64,000 bases of DNA from an uncultured Bacteroidales bacterium (GCA_947168525.1 CAMVMG010000003.1:93823-157822); one strand, 5' to 3'. Positions 26,695-36,442 are shown, numbered from the stretch's first letter. Made by a program: numbers and translations. The notes: a model not told the origin generated them from the letters alone.

Positions 26695-28725
26695 ATGACT
26701 AGACACCTTCTTTCCCTTATCGGCGCCGCCCTCCTCGGCAGCGCCCTTTTTGCACAGAACCGGGTCATCGACACCAAACCCGCTCATGACGGGAAAGACC
26801 TCACCATGGAAGAAGCTATCTTCCAGGGAGTGGGTTATGCCCGTGCCAGTGCAAACTGGCTGGACAACGACACGTACGCAGTCCAGACTCCGGACGGCAT
26901 CTTCCGGGGAAAAGCCGGGCAGGCCTTCTCCCGGGAAGCTTACCAGATGCAGCCCCGCAGTGAACGGAGCCAGTACGACACCAGCGCCGCAGGCTACGGA
27001 GTGCGCCGGGAAGGGAATTCCCTGCACGGATACAAGGACGGGCAGGAGTTTCCGCTTGCCGTCTCCACCGACAGAAACATCGTCTACGGGCAAACGGTAA
27101 GCCGTAACGAGTTCGGCATCAACGCCGGCTATTTCTGGTCACCGGACGGTACCCGCCTGGCTTTCTACTGCAAGGACGAATCCAAAGTGACGGATTTCCC
27201 GCTCCTGGACATCGCCAACCGCACCGGAGAGCTCCGCCTGATCAAATACCCGATGAACGGCATGGATTCGGAAATCGTGCGCCTGGGCATCTATGATTTC
27301 AAGAGCGGCAGCACCGCCTGGCTCCAGGTGACGGATTTCACCGAGGAACGCTACATCACCAATGTGAGCTGGGCGCCGGACGGCAAATACATCTATGCCC
27401 AGATTGTAGACCGCAGCCAGCACCATAGCCGCCTCAACCAGTACCGGGCCTCCGACGGCAGTTTCGTGCGTACCCTCCTCACGGAAGACAACGAGGCCTG
27501 GGTGGAGCCGTTGGATCCCATCTGGTTCCTCAAGGGCCGCACAGACCTGTTCCTGTACCGGATCGACACCCGCGACGGCTACAAGAATCTCTATCTGGCC
27601 GACACGCTGGGAACAGTCCGCCGCCTTACCGCCGTCGATGCCGATGTCCAGTACCTGGACAATGACGGGACGAATGTCTATTACACATCGGCCGAGGTCT
27701 CCCCTGTGGAGAATCACCTTTTCAAGATTTCCATCAAGATTCCCAGGAAGAACGCCGTGGCCAAGGCCAAGTTTGGAAAGCCCGTACAGCTCACCGCCGG
27801 CCGCGGCTGGCACACAGTCCGGCTCAACGGGAACTGTACCTGGTTCCTGGACAGCCGCAGCAACCTCACCACCCCGCTGGAGATTTCCCTCTGCAGCACG
27901 GACGGGAAACAAGCTTTCCCGGTCTATGCCATCCAGGATCCGCTGGAGGGCTATGCCTCCTGCCAAGTGGAACTGGGCACCGTTCCCAGCGCCGACGGGG
28001 AGTATGAGAATTACTATCGGCTTATCTATCCCAAAGACTTCGACCCTGCCAATAAGTATCCGGTAATCCTTTACGTGTACGGCGGCCCGCACAGCCAGCT
28101 GGTGCAGGACACCTGGCTGGGCCAGATCCGCATGTGGGAAATGCTGATGGCCCAGAAAGGCTACCTGGTCTATATCCAGGACAACCGGGGCACGGAAAAC
28201 CGCGGCGCCGCCTTTGAGAAGGCCATCAACCGCCGCTGCGGCCAGGAAGAGATGAAAGACCAGATGGTGGGCATTCGCCGGCTGATGGAGCTCCCGTACG
28301 TGGATGCCGGCCGCATCGGCGTGCACGGTTGGAGCTATGGCGGTTTCATGACCATCTCGCTAATGACCAACTACCCGGACGTGTTCAAGGTAGGCGTGGC
28401 CGGCGGCCCGGTGATTGACTGGAAATGGTACGAAATCATGTACGGAGAGCGCTACATGGATAATCCGCAGAGCAACCCGGAAGGCTTCGAGCTCACTTCG
28501 CTCATCAACAAGGCCGGCGACCTCAAGGGCAAGCTACTCATCTGCCAGGGTGCCGTGGACAATACGGTGGTGTGGGAGCATAGCCTCAGCTTCATCCAGG
28601 CCTGCATCGACCTGGAGATTCCCGTAGACTACTTCCCCTACCCCGTGGCCGAGCACAACGTGTACGGGCGCAACCGCATCCACCTGATGGACAAGGTAAC
28701 GCAGTACTTCGAGGATTACCTGTAA
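26695..28725 (+). CDS. S9B dipeptidyl-peptidase IV family protein
   Basis: Signal peptide, DPP IV beta-propeller, GWSYGG catalytic Ser, DNTV Asp and EHNV His. Confidence 0.93.
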   Translation: MTRHLLSLIGAALLGSALFAQNRVIDTKPAHDGKDLTMEEAIFQGVGYARASANWLDNDTYAVQTPDGIFRGKAGQAFSREAYQMQPRSERSQYDTSAAGYGVRREGNSLHGYKDGQEFPLAVSTDRNIVYGQTVSRNEFGINAGYFWSPDGTRLAFYCKDESKVTDFPLLDIANRTGELRLIKYPMNGMDSEIVRLGIYDFKSGSTAWLQVTDFTEERYITNVSWAPDGKYIYAQIVDRSQHHSRLNQYRASDGSFVRTLLTEDNEAWVEPLDPIWFLKGRTDLFLYRIDTRDGYKNLYLADTLGTVRRLTAVDADVQYLDNDGTNVYYTSAEVSPVENHLFKISIKIPRKNAVAKAKFGKPVQLTAGRGWHTVRLNGNCTWFLDSRSNLTTPLEISLCSTDGKQAFPVYAIQDPLEGYASCQVELGTVPSADGEYENYYRLIYPKDFDPANKYPVILYVYGGPHSQLVQDTWLGQIRMWEMLMAQKGYLVYIQDNRGTENRGAAFEKAINRRCGQEEMKDQMVGIRRLMELPYVDAGRIGVHGWSYGGFMTISLMTNYPDVFKVGVAGGPVIDWKWYEIMYGERYMDNPQSNPEGFELTSLINKAGDLKGKLLICQGAVDNTVVWEHSLSFIQACIDLEIPVDYFPYPVAEHNVYGRNRIHLMDKVTQYFEDYL

Positions 28726-28772
28726 AAAGATTTGCAGAATCAGATTATTTAATCTATCTTTGCAATCCATTT

Positions 28773-28847
28773 GAGGGCATAGCTCAGTTGGTTTAGAGCG
28801 CTTGCTTGACAGGCAAGAGGTCCGCAGTTCAAATCTGCGTGTCCTCA
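28773..28847 (+). tRNA. tRNA-Val(GAC)
   Basis: GAGGGCA/TGTCCTC acceptor stem; anticodon arm CTTGC-TTGACAG-GCAAG; TTCAAAT T-loop; TATCTTTG promoter upstream. Confidence 0.96.
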
Positions 28848-28854
28848 CAAAAGG

Positions 28855-28885
28855 AAAGAGGTTGACCAAATTGGTCAGCCTCTTT
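28855..28885. terminator. Bidirectional terminator
   Basis: AAAGAGGTTGACC-AAATT-GGTCAGCCTCTTT. Confidence 0.8.
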
Positions 28886-29884
28886 TTAGATGTCCTTCCC
28901 GTCCATGGGATACACCACGCCCCACTCACGGCGGAGGCCGTCCATCAGCTGCATGATGTAGAGGATTTCTTCCCAGGGCATCTGGGGCGGCTCCAACAAG
29001 CCTGCCTGCATAGCGTCCCGGCAGGCGGCAAACTGGTACTCGTAGCCAGTAATCTGCCTGGGTACAGGGATTTCCTCTACAAAGACGCGGTCGTGCGTGT
29101 TCACCGTGATCTTCTGGGGATTATTCACGTTGTCCAGAATCAGATTGCCATCCGACCCGGCCAGCACGCCGATATTGTCACCCACGCAGTTGGCGGCCGA
29201 CTGCAGGTTGGCCACGAAGCCTCCTTCCAGCACGACGGAGATGGTATTGCTGAGGTCGATGCCGCTATCGGATTTCACGCACTGCGAGCGGATGGAGCGG
29301 ATGGGAGCATCGCAGAACATCCGCATGAAGTTCAGCGTATAGACGCCCAGGTCCAGCAGCGCTCCGCCGCACAGGTCCGGACGCAGAATGCGCTCTTTCT
29401 CCATCATATAGTAGCTCAGGGTGGCATTGATGGTGGAAAGCCGGCCGATCCTGCCGTCGGCAAGCAGTTTCCGGACCATGCCCACTACCGGCTGATAGCG
29501 CGTCCAGATGGCCTCCGCCAGGAAAACGTTCTTCCGACTGGCCCGTTCCACAACCGCCTTGGACTGAGCCAGATTAGCCATGAAGGCTTTTTCTACCAGG
29601 CAGGCCCGGCCCTTTTCCAGGGCTTCCATAGTGATGTCGTAATGATGCGAATGCGGCGTGGCCACATACACCAGGTCCACTTTGTCGTCGTCCAGCAGCG
29701 CCGAATAGCTGCCGTACGCCTTTTCCACCCCCCACTGCCGGGCAAAGGCATCGGCCTTTTGCTGTGAGCGCGAAGCGATGGCATAACACTGGAATCCCTC
29801 CATGCCGTTGAGGGTGATGGCGGCCTTTTCTGCAATCCAGCCCGCCCCGATGATTCCAACTCTGAAAGAACGGTTCATATGCAT
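28886..29884 (-). CDS. Gfo/Idh/MocA family oxidoreductase
   Basis: GIIGAGWIA, VYVATPHSHH, LVEKAF and GGALLDLGVY motifs. Confidence 0.93.
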   Translation of the reverse strand: MHMNRSFRVGIIGAGWIAEKAAITLNGMEGFQCYAIASRSQQKADAFARQWGVEKAYGSYSALLDDDKVDLVYVATPHSHHYDITMEALEKGRACLVEKAFMANLAQSKAVVERASRKNVFLAEAIWTRYQPVVGMVRKLLADGRIGRLSTINATLSYYMMEKERILRPDLCGGALLDLGVYTLNFMRMFCDAPIRSIRSQCVKSDSGIDLSNTISVVLEGGFVANLQSAANCVGDNIGVLAGSDGNLILDNVNNPQKITVNTHDRVFVEEIPVPRQITGYEYQFAACRDAMQAGLLEPPQMPWEEILYIMQLMDGLRREWGVVYPMDGKDI

Positions 29885-29917
29885 CTTGTTTTATCCCATT
29901 AAGATACGGCTTTTTTT

Positions 29918-31327
29918 CTAAATTACACCCAATGCCTCCGCATGGGAAAGCATTTCCTGCGTAGAAACGACATCTAGCTTGGAGAAAATATTCTGCTTGT
30001 GGTTTTTCACCGTACTCAAGCTGATATGCAGCCGCTCGGCGATCTGTGCATTGGACAACCCTTCCCGACAGCTGCGGATAATTTCAATTTCACGGACTGT
30101 AAGGCCGATATTTTTAGCGGCCGATTTCCGCTGGGTACTCAGTTTGATCAGGTAATCCGAAACCTCCTGCTGCAACTCGCCAGGGGCATCATTAAGCAGG
30201 GCCATGCAGTGCTTTCTGGCTTCAGTATCGTCCATCTGCGTAATCTCTTCCATGGTTTTCCTTGCCCGGACGCCAAAATCCGGACTGGTAAGGCTCGTGG
30301 AAACCAGGCGAAGCAGCCCTTCTTTCCCGCGGTTGGCCGCATCCAACGCGTCCCTTTGCCGATGGAGGCGTCTTGTCATCCATATCGACAGACATAGTAA
30401 AGCGGCCAGCAGCAGGGCAATCAAAGACAGAGACCAGATTTCCCAGCGCATCTGTCGAATCTTCTGTTCTTTCTTCTGCGCCTCGTACCGTGTCTCCATC
30501 TCCTGAAGGAGGAAATCCGACTTTTGCCGCATGTAAAGCTGCGTCGTGTTGGCATACAGCTGGTGCGCCTGGGCCGATTCTTCCAGCTGACCAGTAAGGG
30601 CGTACAGCACAGTAAGATGGTTGTAAATTTGTGACCGCTGCAGATAATCGGTTTCATCGGCCTTGGAAAGCGCTTCCTGACAACAGGCGACGGCTTCTTC
30701 CAGACGGCCACCCTGCCGGTAATAACGGATTCTGTACGGAAGGGCTTTCTCCAGAAGGTCCGGCCGATTGTTTTTCCGTGATAGTGTTTCTCCTTTTTCA
30801 AGGGCATCTCCCGCCTCCCTGTATACACTGCGGTCTATCGGATCGTTAAAACGGTTCACATTCACCAACGCCTGAGACATGTTATATAGGATTTCTATCT
30901 GACGGGATATGCTACCCGCCTTCTCCGAAAGAGCCAGCGCTTCGCGAAAAAAGCCCATCGCTTCTTCTTCCCGGGGCGTCGAACCGTCCACATTCGCATA
31001 GACGCAGACGCGACCTTTCTGAAGGAGGGCGTCGGCCAGTAAAGTATCGTTCTGAAGTACACGGGACACTCGTTCAGCTTCCAGGGCGTGCTCCCATGCC
31101 TGGGCGTCCCGCCAGGTGAGAATGTCCAGCGAGGCCATTTGGCAGAGTATCTCTGCACAGGCCACCTTGTCTCTGGCTTTCTCGGCCTCTTGCAACGCCT
31201 CCACGACATATTCGGTCGCCCTGCCGTATTCCGACTCACGGGCCCACTTACGGGACTCTTCCAGCAGAGAGGCAATAGTACCATTCCCTACAAGAAAATA
31301 CAAACTCAATATGATTACAACAGTCAT
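29918..31327 (-). CDS. Membrane-spanning TPR-sensor / LuxR-HTH transcriptional regulator
   Basis: Hydrophobic N-terminus, helical TPR-like region, TM (WSLSLIALLLAALLCLSIWM), and C-terminal LTVREIEII…GLSNAQIAERLHISLSTVKNHKQNIFSKL. Confidence 0.9.
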   Translation of the reverse strand: MTVVIILSLYFLVGNGTIASLLEESRKWARESEYGRATEYVVEALQEAEKARDKVACAEILCQMASLDILTWRDAQAWEHALEAERVSRVLQNDTLLADALLQKGRVCVYANVDGSTPREEEAMGFFREALALSEKAGSISRQIEILYNMSQALVNVNRFNDPIDRSVYREAGDALEKGETLSRKNNRPDLLEKALPYRIRYYRQGGRLEEAVACCQEALSKADETDYLQRSQIYNHLTVLYALTGQLEESAQAHQLYANTTQLYMRQKSDFLLQEMETRYEAQKKEQKIRQMRWEIWSLSLIALLLAALLCLSIWMTRRLHRQRDALDAANRGKEGLLRLVSTSLTSPDFGVRARKTMEEITQMDDTEARKHCMALLNDAPGELQQEVSDYLIKLSTQRKSAAKNIGLTVREIEIIRSCREGLSNAQIAERLHISLSTVKNHKQNIFSKLDVVSTQEMLSHAEALGVI

Positions 31328-31350
31328 ATTGCAAAGATACTCATTCTTCC

Positions 31351-31413
31351 CGTAGTACCGCCACCGGGGACGTAGTACTAAAGAACTATTTTGAAGCGGA
31401 TGGCCGATAGTAC
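31351..31413. promoter_or_regulatory. Direct repeats CGTAGTAC x2 plus TAGTAC; candidate LuxR-type operator
   Basis: CGTAGTAC at 31351 and 31371 (20-bp spacing) and TAGTAC at 31408, in the divergent intergenic region. Confidence 0.45.
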
Positions 31414-31490
31414 CAAGGAATTCTTCGGCATCTTGTTTTTATTTGTATTGCTGAAAAATGTATCTGATGCAACTATTAAACATAACGCTT

Positions 31491-31628
31491 ATGGACCTTA
31501 TCGAAAAAAAAGAGGAATTATACCTCGCACCGGAAGTCTCCGTCTTGGAGATTGCCACTGAAACATTCATTTGTCAAAGTAACCCAGGAGAGATTCCCGG
31601 CAATCTGGGTGGTGGCGGCTGGATTTAG
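31491..31628 (+). CDS. 45-aa YxAP micropeptide (not in ORF track)
   Basis: MDLIEKKEELYLAPEVSVLEIATETFICQSNPGEIPGNLGGGGWI*; shares a motif with the 52336-52461 peptide. Confidence 0.75.
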   Translation: MDLIEKKEELYLAPEVSVLEIATETFICQSNPGEIPGNLGGGGWI

Positions 31629-31656
31629 TGTTTAACCTTTTGAAAAAAAATGAATT

Positions 31657-32679
31657 ATGAAAAAGATTATCTTAGCCCTGGCTACTCTGGCAATTGCCTT
31701 TACAGCCTGCAACAAGGCGGAGGACACGAATACAACTTCCCCCTATTCCAACGTTAAGGTTCACCTCACCGTAACCGCCCCTGAGGCCAATCTCACCAAA
31801 GCAAATTTTGCATGGACAGATCCCAGTAATCCTATCGGCGGCTTAAATGTCACCTGGAAGGAAGGAGACTATTTTGAACTGATTATTTTCCAAGGTAACA
31901 ACGCCGACTGGAAAACTAACTACATCCATAAGACATTTAGTTTACCTGCAGGAGCTGAGGGTCAAACATCCTATGACCTTTCCTCTCTTGTAGGATCAGT
32001 TGATCTCTCCAGCTTCGACGACACTAAGAACCTGAAATATGTCGTTGTATATGAAGGGTTTAATCACTTTAACGAGTATTGGCATGAGTTGAATATCTGG
32101 AACGGTGTTCCTAATTATAGTTATACCCTTTCTCCCAGCGAGCAGATTAATCGGACTATGTTTGCAGAAACAAACGTTCAGGAAATCGCATTCCCCTCCG
32201 GAGACCTTACCCTTAGCGGAAAACTATACTGGATGACTTCTGTCCTGGCTGTTCAGTTTGATATAGACCCGGCTGCCGACATCAGCTACCCTTCTGATTC
32301 GTACTTTATCTGCGATCTCACTCATCCAAGTATAGATCAAGTTGACTGCTATTTTCCCATCACCAGAAAATCTGATGCTTCTACTAAAATCATTTCCCTT
32401 CCTATTGTATTTAATGGTGGTGCCGCTTTAAGTGATGCACTTGACGGCAACAAATGCAGGTATTTTGCCATTCCTTCAGACAGTATTCTCGACGCTGCCG
32501 GAAATACCCGCAAATTAGGAGGAGCCAATGTAAGTTTCCGCCTTTCTAGTCCGAATATAACTTATACTTCTTCCGGTTCCCTTTCCGATGTTGCCATTGA
32601 ACCTGGAATGGTTTACGGTATTAAAGTAAAAGTCACTGACTCTGACAGTAACGGCGAGCCTGAATTTACAAAGCTGTAA
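31657..32679 (+). CDS. Fimbrillin/type V pilin-like surface lipoprotein
   Basis: SPII signal MKKIILALATLAIAFTAC; TKA…VTWKEGD motif; C-terminal strand IEPGMVYGIKVKV; AT-rich. Confidence 0.7.
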   Translation: MKKIILALATLAIAFTACNKAEDTNTTSPYSNVKVHLTVTAPEANLTKANFAWTDPSNPIGGLNVTWKEGDYFELIIFQGNNADWKTNYIHKTFSLPAGAEGQTSYDLSSLVGSVDLSSFDDTKNLKYVVVYEGFNHFNEYWHELNIWNGVPNYSYTLSPSEQINRTMFAETNVQEIAFPSGDLTLSGKLYWMTSVLAVQFDIDPAADISYPSDSYFICDLTHPSIDQVDCYFPITRKSDASTKIISLPIVFNGGAALSDALDGNKCRYFAIPSDSILDAAGNTRKLGGANVSFRLSSPNITYTSSGSLSDVAIEPGMVYGIKVKVTDSDSNGEPEFTKL

Positions 32680-32705
32680 TCGTTCAGGACATCTATCAAA
32701 TATTT

Positions 32706-32737
32706 AGAGGCTGTATTCACAAAAGGATACAGCCTCT
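32706..32737. terminator. Terminator hairpin
   Basis: AGAGGCTGTAT-TCACAAAAGG-ATACAGCCTCT followed by a T-run. Confidence 0.8.
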
Positions 32738-32742
32738 TTTTC

Positions 32743-32850
32743 CTGTTTCTCCAGCTTTGACTTGGCGTAGTCCAGCGTAAGCTTGAAGGTCTTCTTCTGT
32801 GAGGAAGGGGCGTCGAACATGACGTCGGTCATTACGCGCTCGCAGATGGA
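32743..32850 (-). pseudogene. Diverged duplicate of the clpX 3' end
   Basis: Encodes [36 protein letters not shown] versus clp[36 protein letters not shown]. Hand count is 84/105 nt identical to 33160-33264. Confidence 0.92.
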
Positions 32851-32883
32851 ATCAGACACCTACGCTTGTAGATGTCTGATTCC
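32848..32883. other. Palindrome at the clpX-remnant junction
   Basis: GGAATCAGACA-C-CTAC-GCTT-GTAG-A-TGTCTGATTCC (11-bp perfect arms). Confidence 0.8.
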
Positions 32884-32905
32884 CTTTTATAGAGCCGTAA
32901 ATAGT

Positions 32906-32973
32906 CTGTCTGGGGCAGTAGCTCTAAGCGGAGTTTGGATTTCCGGACGGAGCGTGAGCACAGCCCCTGACAG
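32906..32973. other. 68-nt interrupted stem-loop of unknown nature
   Basis: Nested pairings CTGTC/GACAG, GGGGC/GCCCC, GCTC/GAGC and CGGA/TCCG. Confidence 0.6.
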
Positions 32974-33015
32974 AAAACAAAAAAACAGGCACCCATTTAG
33001 TGAATGGGCACCTCT

Positions 33016-33146
33016 GTCCACGAAAACGTCCTAATACGTGGACGAACCATGTAAATAACGCTCTCCGTCCACGAAAATGGCCAAAAACGTGGACGAACCA
33101 TGAAAATGACGCTCTCCGTCCACGAAAACGGCCTAAAACGTGGACG
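33016..33146. repeat. REP-like tandem palindrome array B (3 units, 51-bp period)
   Basis: (C)GTCCACG-14 nt-CGTGGACG with GTCCACG at 33016, 33067 and 33118; loops AAAACGTCCTAATA, AAAATGGCCAAAAA and AAAACGGCCTAAAA. Confidence 0.92.
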
Positions 33147-33159
33147 AGCCTGGGGTCTC

Positions 33160-34380
33160 TTATTTCTCCAACTTGGACTTAGCGTAGTCCAGCGTGAGTT
33201 TGAAGGTCTTTTTCCGCGAGGAGGGTGCGTCGAACATGGCGTCGGCCATCAGTTTTTCACAGATGCTCCGGAGACCACGTGCACCCAGCTTGTTCTGGAT
33301 GGACGTGTCCACGATCAGGTCCAGCACGGCAGGTTCTACGTCCAGGCGCATGCCGTCCATCTCGAACAGTTTCTGGTACTGGCGCAGGAGGGCGTTCTTG
33401 GGCTCCGTGAGGATACGCTTGAGGGAATCGCGGTCCAGCTGGTCCAGATACGTGATCACGGGCAGGCGGCCGACGATTTCCGGAATCAGGCCATAGGAGC
33501 GAAGGTCCATGGCATCTACATACTCCAGGAGATTGTCTGTGTGGATACGCTCTTTCTCCTCTGCGTTGAAGCCGATGATCCTGGTGTTTTTCCGGAGGGC
33601 GATATGGCGCTCGATACCCTCGAACGCGCCTCCGCAGATGAACAGGATATTCTGCGTGTTTACGTGGATGAACTCCTGTTCCGGATGCTTGCGGCCACCC
33701 TTTGGCGGAACATTCACGATACTGCCCTCCAGCAGTTTGAGCATGGCCTGCTGCACTCCCTCGCCGGAAACGTCGCGGGTGATGGAAGGGTTGTCGCTCT
33801 TGCGGGCAATCTTATCTATCTCGTCGATAAAGACAATGCCGCGCTCTGCCTTGGCAAGGTCGAAATCGGCCACCTGCAGCAGCCGGGTAAGGATGCTCTC
33901 CACATCTTCACCTACATAGCCGGCCTCCGTGAGCACCGTGGCATCCACGATAGTGAACGGCACGTCCAGCATTTTGGCTATGGTGCGGGCCAGGAGCGTT
34001 TTACCGGTTCCCGTAGGGCCCACCAGAAGGATGTTGCTCTTTTCCAGTTCCACGCCGTCGTCCGGCTTGTCTACCAGATTGTGGCTGATGCGCTTGTAAT
34101 GGTTGTAAACGGCCACCGACAGCACTTTCTTGGCCCGGTCCTGGCCGATTACGTACTGATCCAGGTAATCCTTGATTTCCTGCGGCTTGGGAGCCTTCCC
34201 CAAAGCAGGGGCAGCCTGCGAAGCACTCCCCTTCTTCTCAATCTCGTCCACATACTGCGCCGCCAGACGGGCACAGTCGCTGCAGATGAATCCGTCCATT
34301 CCCTGCAACAGGAACGGCACTTCAGCGTCGGTCCGGCCGCAGAGGATACAATGATCCGTATGGTCGTTCTTCTTAGCCAT
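33160..34380 (-). CDS. clpX: ATP-dependent Clp protease ATP-binding subunit
   Basis: C4 zinc finger, [22 protein letters not shown] and IDEIDKI motifs; start MAKKND at 34380 overlaps the clpP stop (TAATG). Confidence 0.98.
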   Translation of the reverse strand: MAKKNDHTDHCILCGRTDAEVPFLLQGMDGFICSDCARLAAQYVDEIEKKGSASQAAPALGKAPKPQEIKDYLDQYVIGQDRAKKVLSVAVYNHYKRISHNLVDKPDDGVELEKSNILLVGPTGTGKTLLARTIAKMLDVPFTIVDATVLTEAGYVGEDVESILTRLLQVADFDLAKAERGIVFIDEIDKIARKSDNPSITRDVSGEGVQQAMLKLLEGSIVNVPPKGGRKHPEQEFIHVNTQNILFICGGAFEGIERHIALRKNTRIIGFNAEEKERIHTDNLLEYVDAMDLRSYGLIPEIVGRLPVITYLDQLDRDSLKRILTEPKNALLRQYQKLFEMDGMRLDVEPAVLDLIVDTSIQNKLGARGLRSICEKLMADAMFDAPSSRKKTFKLTLDYAKSKLEK

Positions 34381-35048
34381 TACTTGCTTTTCTTTCGAAG
34401 GATCTCGTCCACCATGCCATAGGCCCTGGCTTCCTCGGCGTTCATCCAATAGTCGCGCTCGCCGTCCTCTGCCACCTTCTTGTAGGGCTTGCCGGTATGC
34501 TGGGCGATGATATTGAACAGCTCCGTACGGGTTTTCTCAATTTCCTTGGCGGCAATGAGGATTTCCGTGGCCTGTCCCTGGGCCCCGCCGAGGGGCTGAT
34601 GGATGAGGACGCGGGAGTGCGGCAGGGCGGAACGCTTGCCTTTTTCACCGGCACACAGAAGCACAGCGCCCATGCTGGCGGCCATGCCCGTGCACACGGT
34701 GGCGACATCCGGCTGGACCAGTTGCATGGTGTCGTAGATGCCCAATCCGGAAGTTACCTGCCCGCCGGGGGTGTTCAGGTACATGGTAATGTCGGCCTGG
34801 GAATCACTGGAGGCCAGGAAAAGCAGCTGGGCCTGGATGATGTTGGCCACATCGTCGTCGATGGGAACACCCAGGAAGATGATGCGGTCCATCATCAGGC
34901 GGCTAAAGACGTCCATCTGGGCCACGTTCAGTTTGCGTTCCTCCGTAATGGTGGGATTGATATATCCGTCGTATACGGACTGGTAACGAGAGAGGGTCAT
35001 CGAATTGATGCCCCTCCCCTTCACTGCAAATTTATCGAATTCGGTCAT
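34380..35048 (-). CDS. clpP: Clp protease proteolytic subunit
   Basis: [29 protein letters not shown] and HQPLGG motifs; start MTEFDK at 35048. Confidence 0.98.
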   Translation of the reverse strand: MTEFDKFAVKGRGINSMTLSRYQSVYDGYINPTITEERKLNVAQMDVFSRLMMDRIIFLGVPIDDDVANIIQAQLLFLASSDSQADITMYLNTPGGQVTSGLGIYDTMQLVQPDVATVCTGMAASMGAVLLCAGEKGKRSALPHSRVLIHQPLGGAQGQATEILIAAKEIEKTRTELFNIIAQHTGKPYKKVAEDGERDYWMNAEEARAYGMVDEILRKKSK

Positions 35049-35056
35049 ATAATGAG

Positions 35057-36373
35057 TTATTTCAGCTCCCGGAATTTGTCCTGGGAGATTTTCTTGGTCT
35101 GAAGGGTAACCTCTTCGCGCACCTTGGCAATGGCTTTGTTGTCCTCGCACTGCTCTTCCAGGCGGCGGTACTGGTTCTCGTCCTGCATCATGTTCTGAGC
35201 CGACGAACGGATGATGTCCTGGGGGACACCGGCCATGCCGTACATGGCGTACTGATAGGAGACATAGTTCTCTGCGGCGGCCTGGATATCTTCCCGGCTC
35301 ACTTTGAGGCCGAACTTCTGCATGATGTAGCCGCGGACGAGCTGCCACTTAAAGTCCTCAATGAATCCGGGGAACTCTTTCTCTACCTGCTCGGCGGTGA
35401 ACTTGCCATCATTGGCATACACGAGCCAGCGCTTGAGGAAAGCTTCCGGAAGCGTCAGTTTTGCCTTCTCCACGAAGTAGCGGCGGACGTCGGTCCCGAA
35501 ACGGTAATTGGCATCCTGCTCGTGGGAAGCCTTGATACGCTCGATGAGTTTTTCCTCGAACTGCTCCGGGGTGGTAACAGTGCCCTCGCCGAAGATCTTG
35601 TCGTAGGTCTCCTGGTTTTCCTCGGCGGCCACGTAGGTTTTTACGTTTACTACGGTGAAGGTGAATTCCGGATTCAGCTCTGCCAGGCGGACTTTGTCTA
35701 CCTTGAGCATGGCAGCGCGGTCTGTCTCGTTGGGGAAGGCCTCGTTCACGTTCACGTTCAGCTTGTCACCGGCCTTCACGCCCACGAAAGCGGGACGCAG
35801 GTCCTGGGCCACGTTGGCGATGGAGACATAGACGCCCTCCGCCTTATGGCCTTCGTTCTCGATATCGGCGATGATATAGTCGTTCTCGCCGGCTTTCTTC
35901 CCTTCCTGGAGCGAGCCGTACTGCTGGAGCAGCTGCTCACGGGCGGTCTTCTTCTGCTCCGCGGTGATGTTGATATCGTAATAAGGGATTTTGTCTTCCT
36001 TGCCCACCTCGAAACTCAGTTCCGGCGTCTGGGCCAGGTCGAACTTGAAGGTGAAGTCGTTGCCGGCTTTCCACTCCAGCTGCGGCTGGTCTTCTGAAGG
36101 AAGGGGCTCACCCACCACGCGGATCTTTTCCTCGCGGATAAACTGGTCCAGCTGCTCGCTCACCAGGCTGTTAACGCTCTCGTAAAGGGCCTGGTCGCCA
36201 TAAAGGCGCTGGATAAGGCCGATCGGGGCCATTCCTTTGCGGAATCCTTTGATATCCGCCTTCCGTTTGTACTCGTTGAGGCGCTTGCGTAGCGGCTCGG
36301 CATAGTCTGCAGCTGCGATCTCGATAGAAAGCTGGTAGTTCAGCTCATCGGGCTGGTTTTTTACAATGTTCAT
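35057..36373 (-). CDS. tig: Trigger factor
   Basis: GFRKGMAP ribosome-binding motif; tig-clpP-clpX synteny. Confidence 0.95.
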   Translation of the reverse strand: MNIVKNQPDELNYQLSIEIAAADYAEPLRKRLNEYKRKADIKGFRKGMAPIGLIQRLYGDQALYESVNSLVSEQLDQFIREEKIRVVGEPLPSEDQPQLEWKAGNDFTFKFDLAQTPELSFEVGKEDKIPYYDINITAEQKKTAREQLLQQYGSLQEGKKAGENDYIIADIENEGHKAEGVYVSIANVAQDLRPAFVGVKAGDKLNVNVNEAFPNETDRAAMLKVDKVRLAELNPEFTFTVVNVKTYVAAEENQETYDKIFGEGTVTTPEQFEEKLIERIKASHEQDANYRFGTDVRRYFVEKAKLTLPEAFLKRWLVYANDGKFTAEQVEKEFPGFIEDFKWQLVRGYIMQKFGLKVSREDIQAAAENYVSYQYAMYGMAGVPQDIIRSSAQNMMQDENQYRRLEEQCEDNKAIAKVREEVTLQTKKISQDKFRELK

Positions 36374-36442
36374 ATAATGAGTTTATTTTAATATTTCGGT
36401 CGGGGGCGCAAAGTTAGTAAAAAAGTGCCAAAGAATCAACTT

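Noticed and set aside
31491-31628. Lasso-peptide or other RiPP gene cluster around the YxAP peptides
   Set aside because: No RRE, peptidase, cyclase, radical-SAM or peptide transporter genes are adjacent; it is kept only as an alternative hypothesis.
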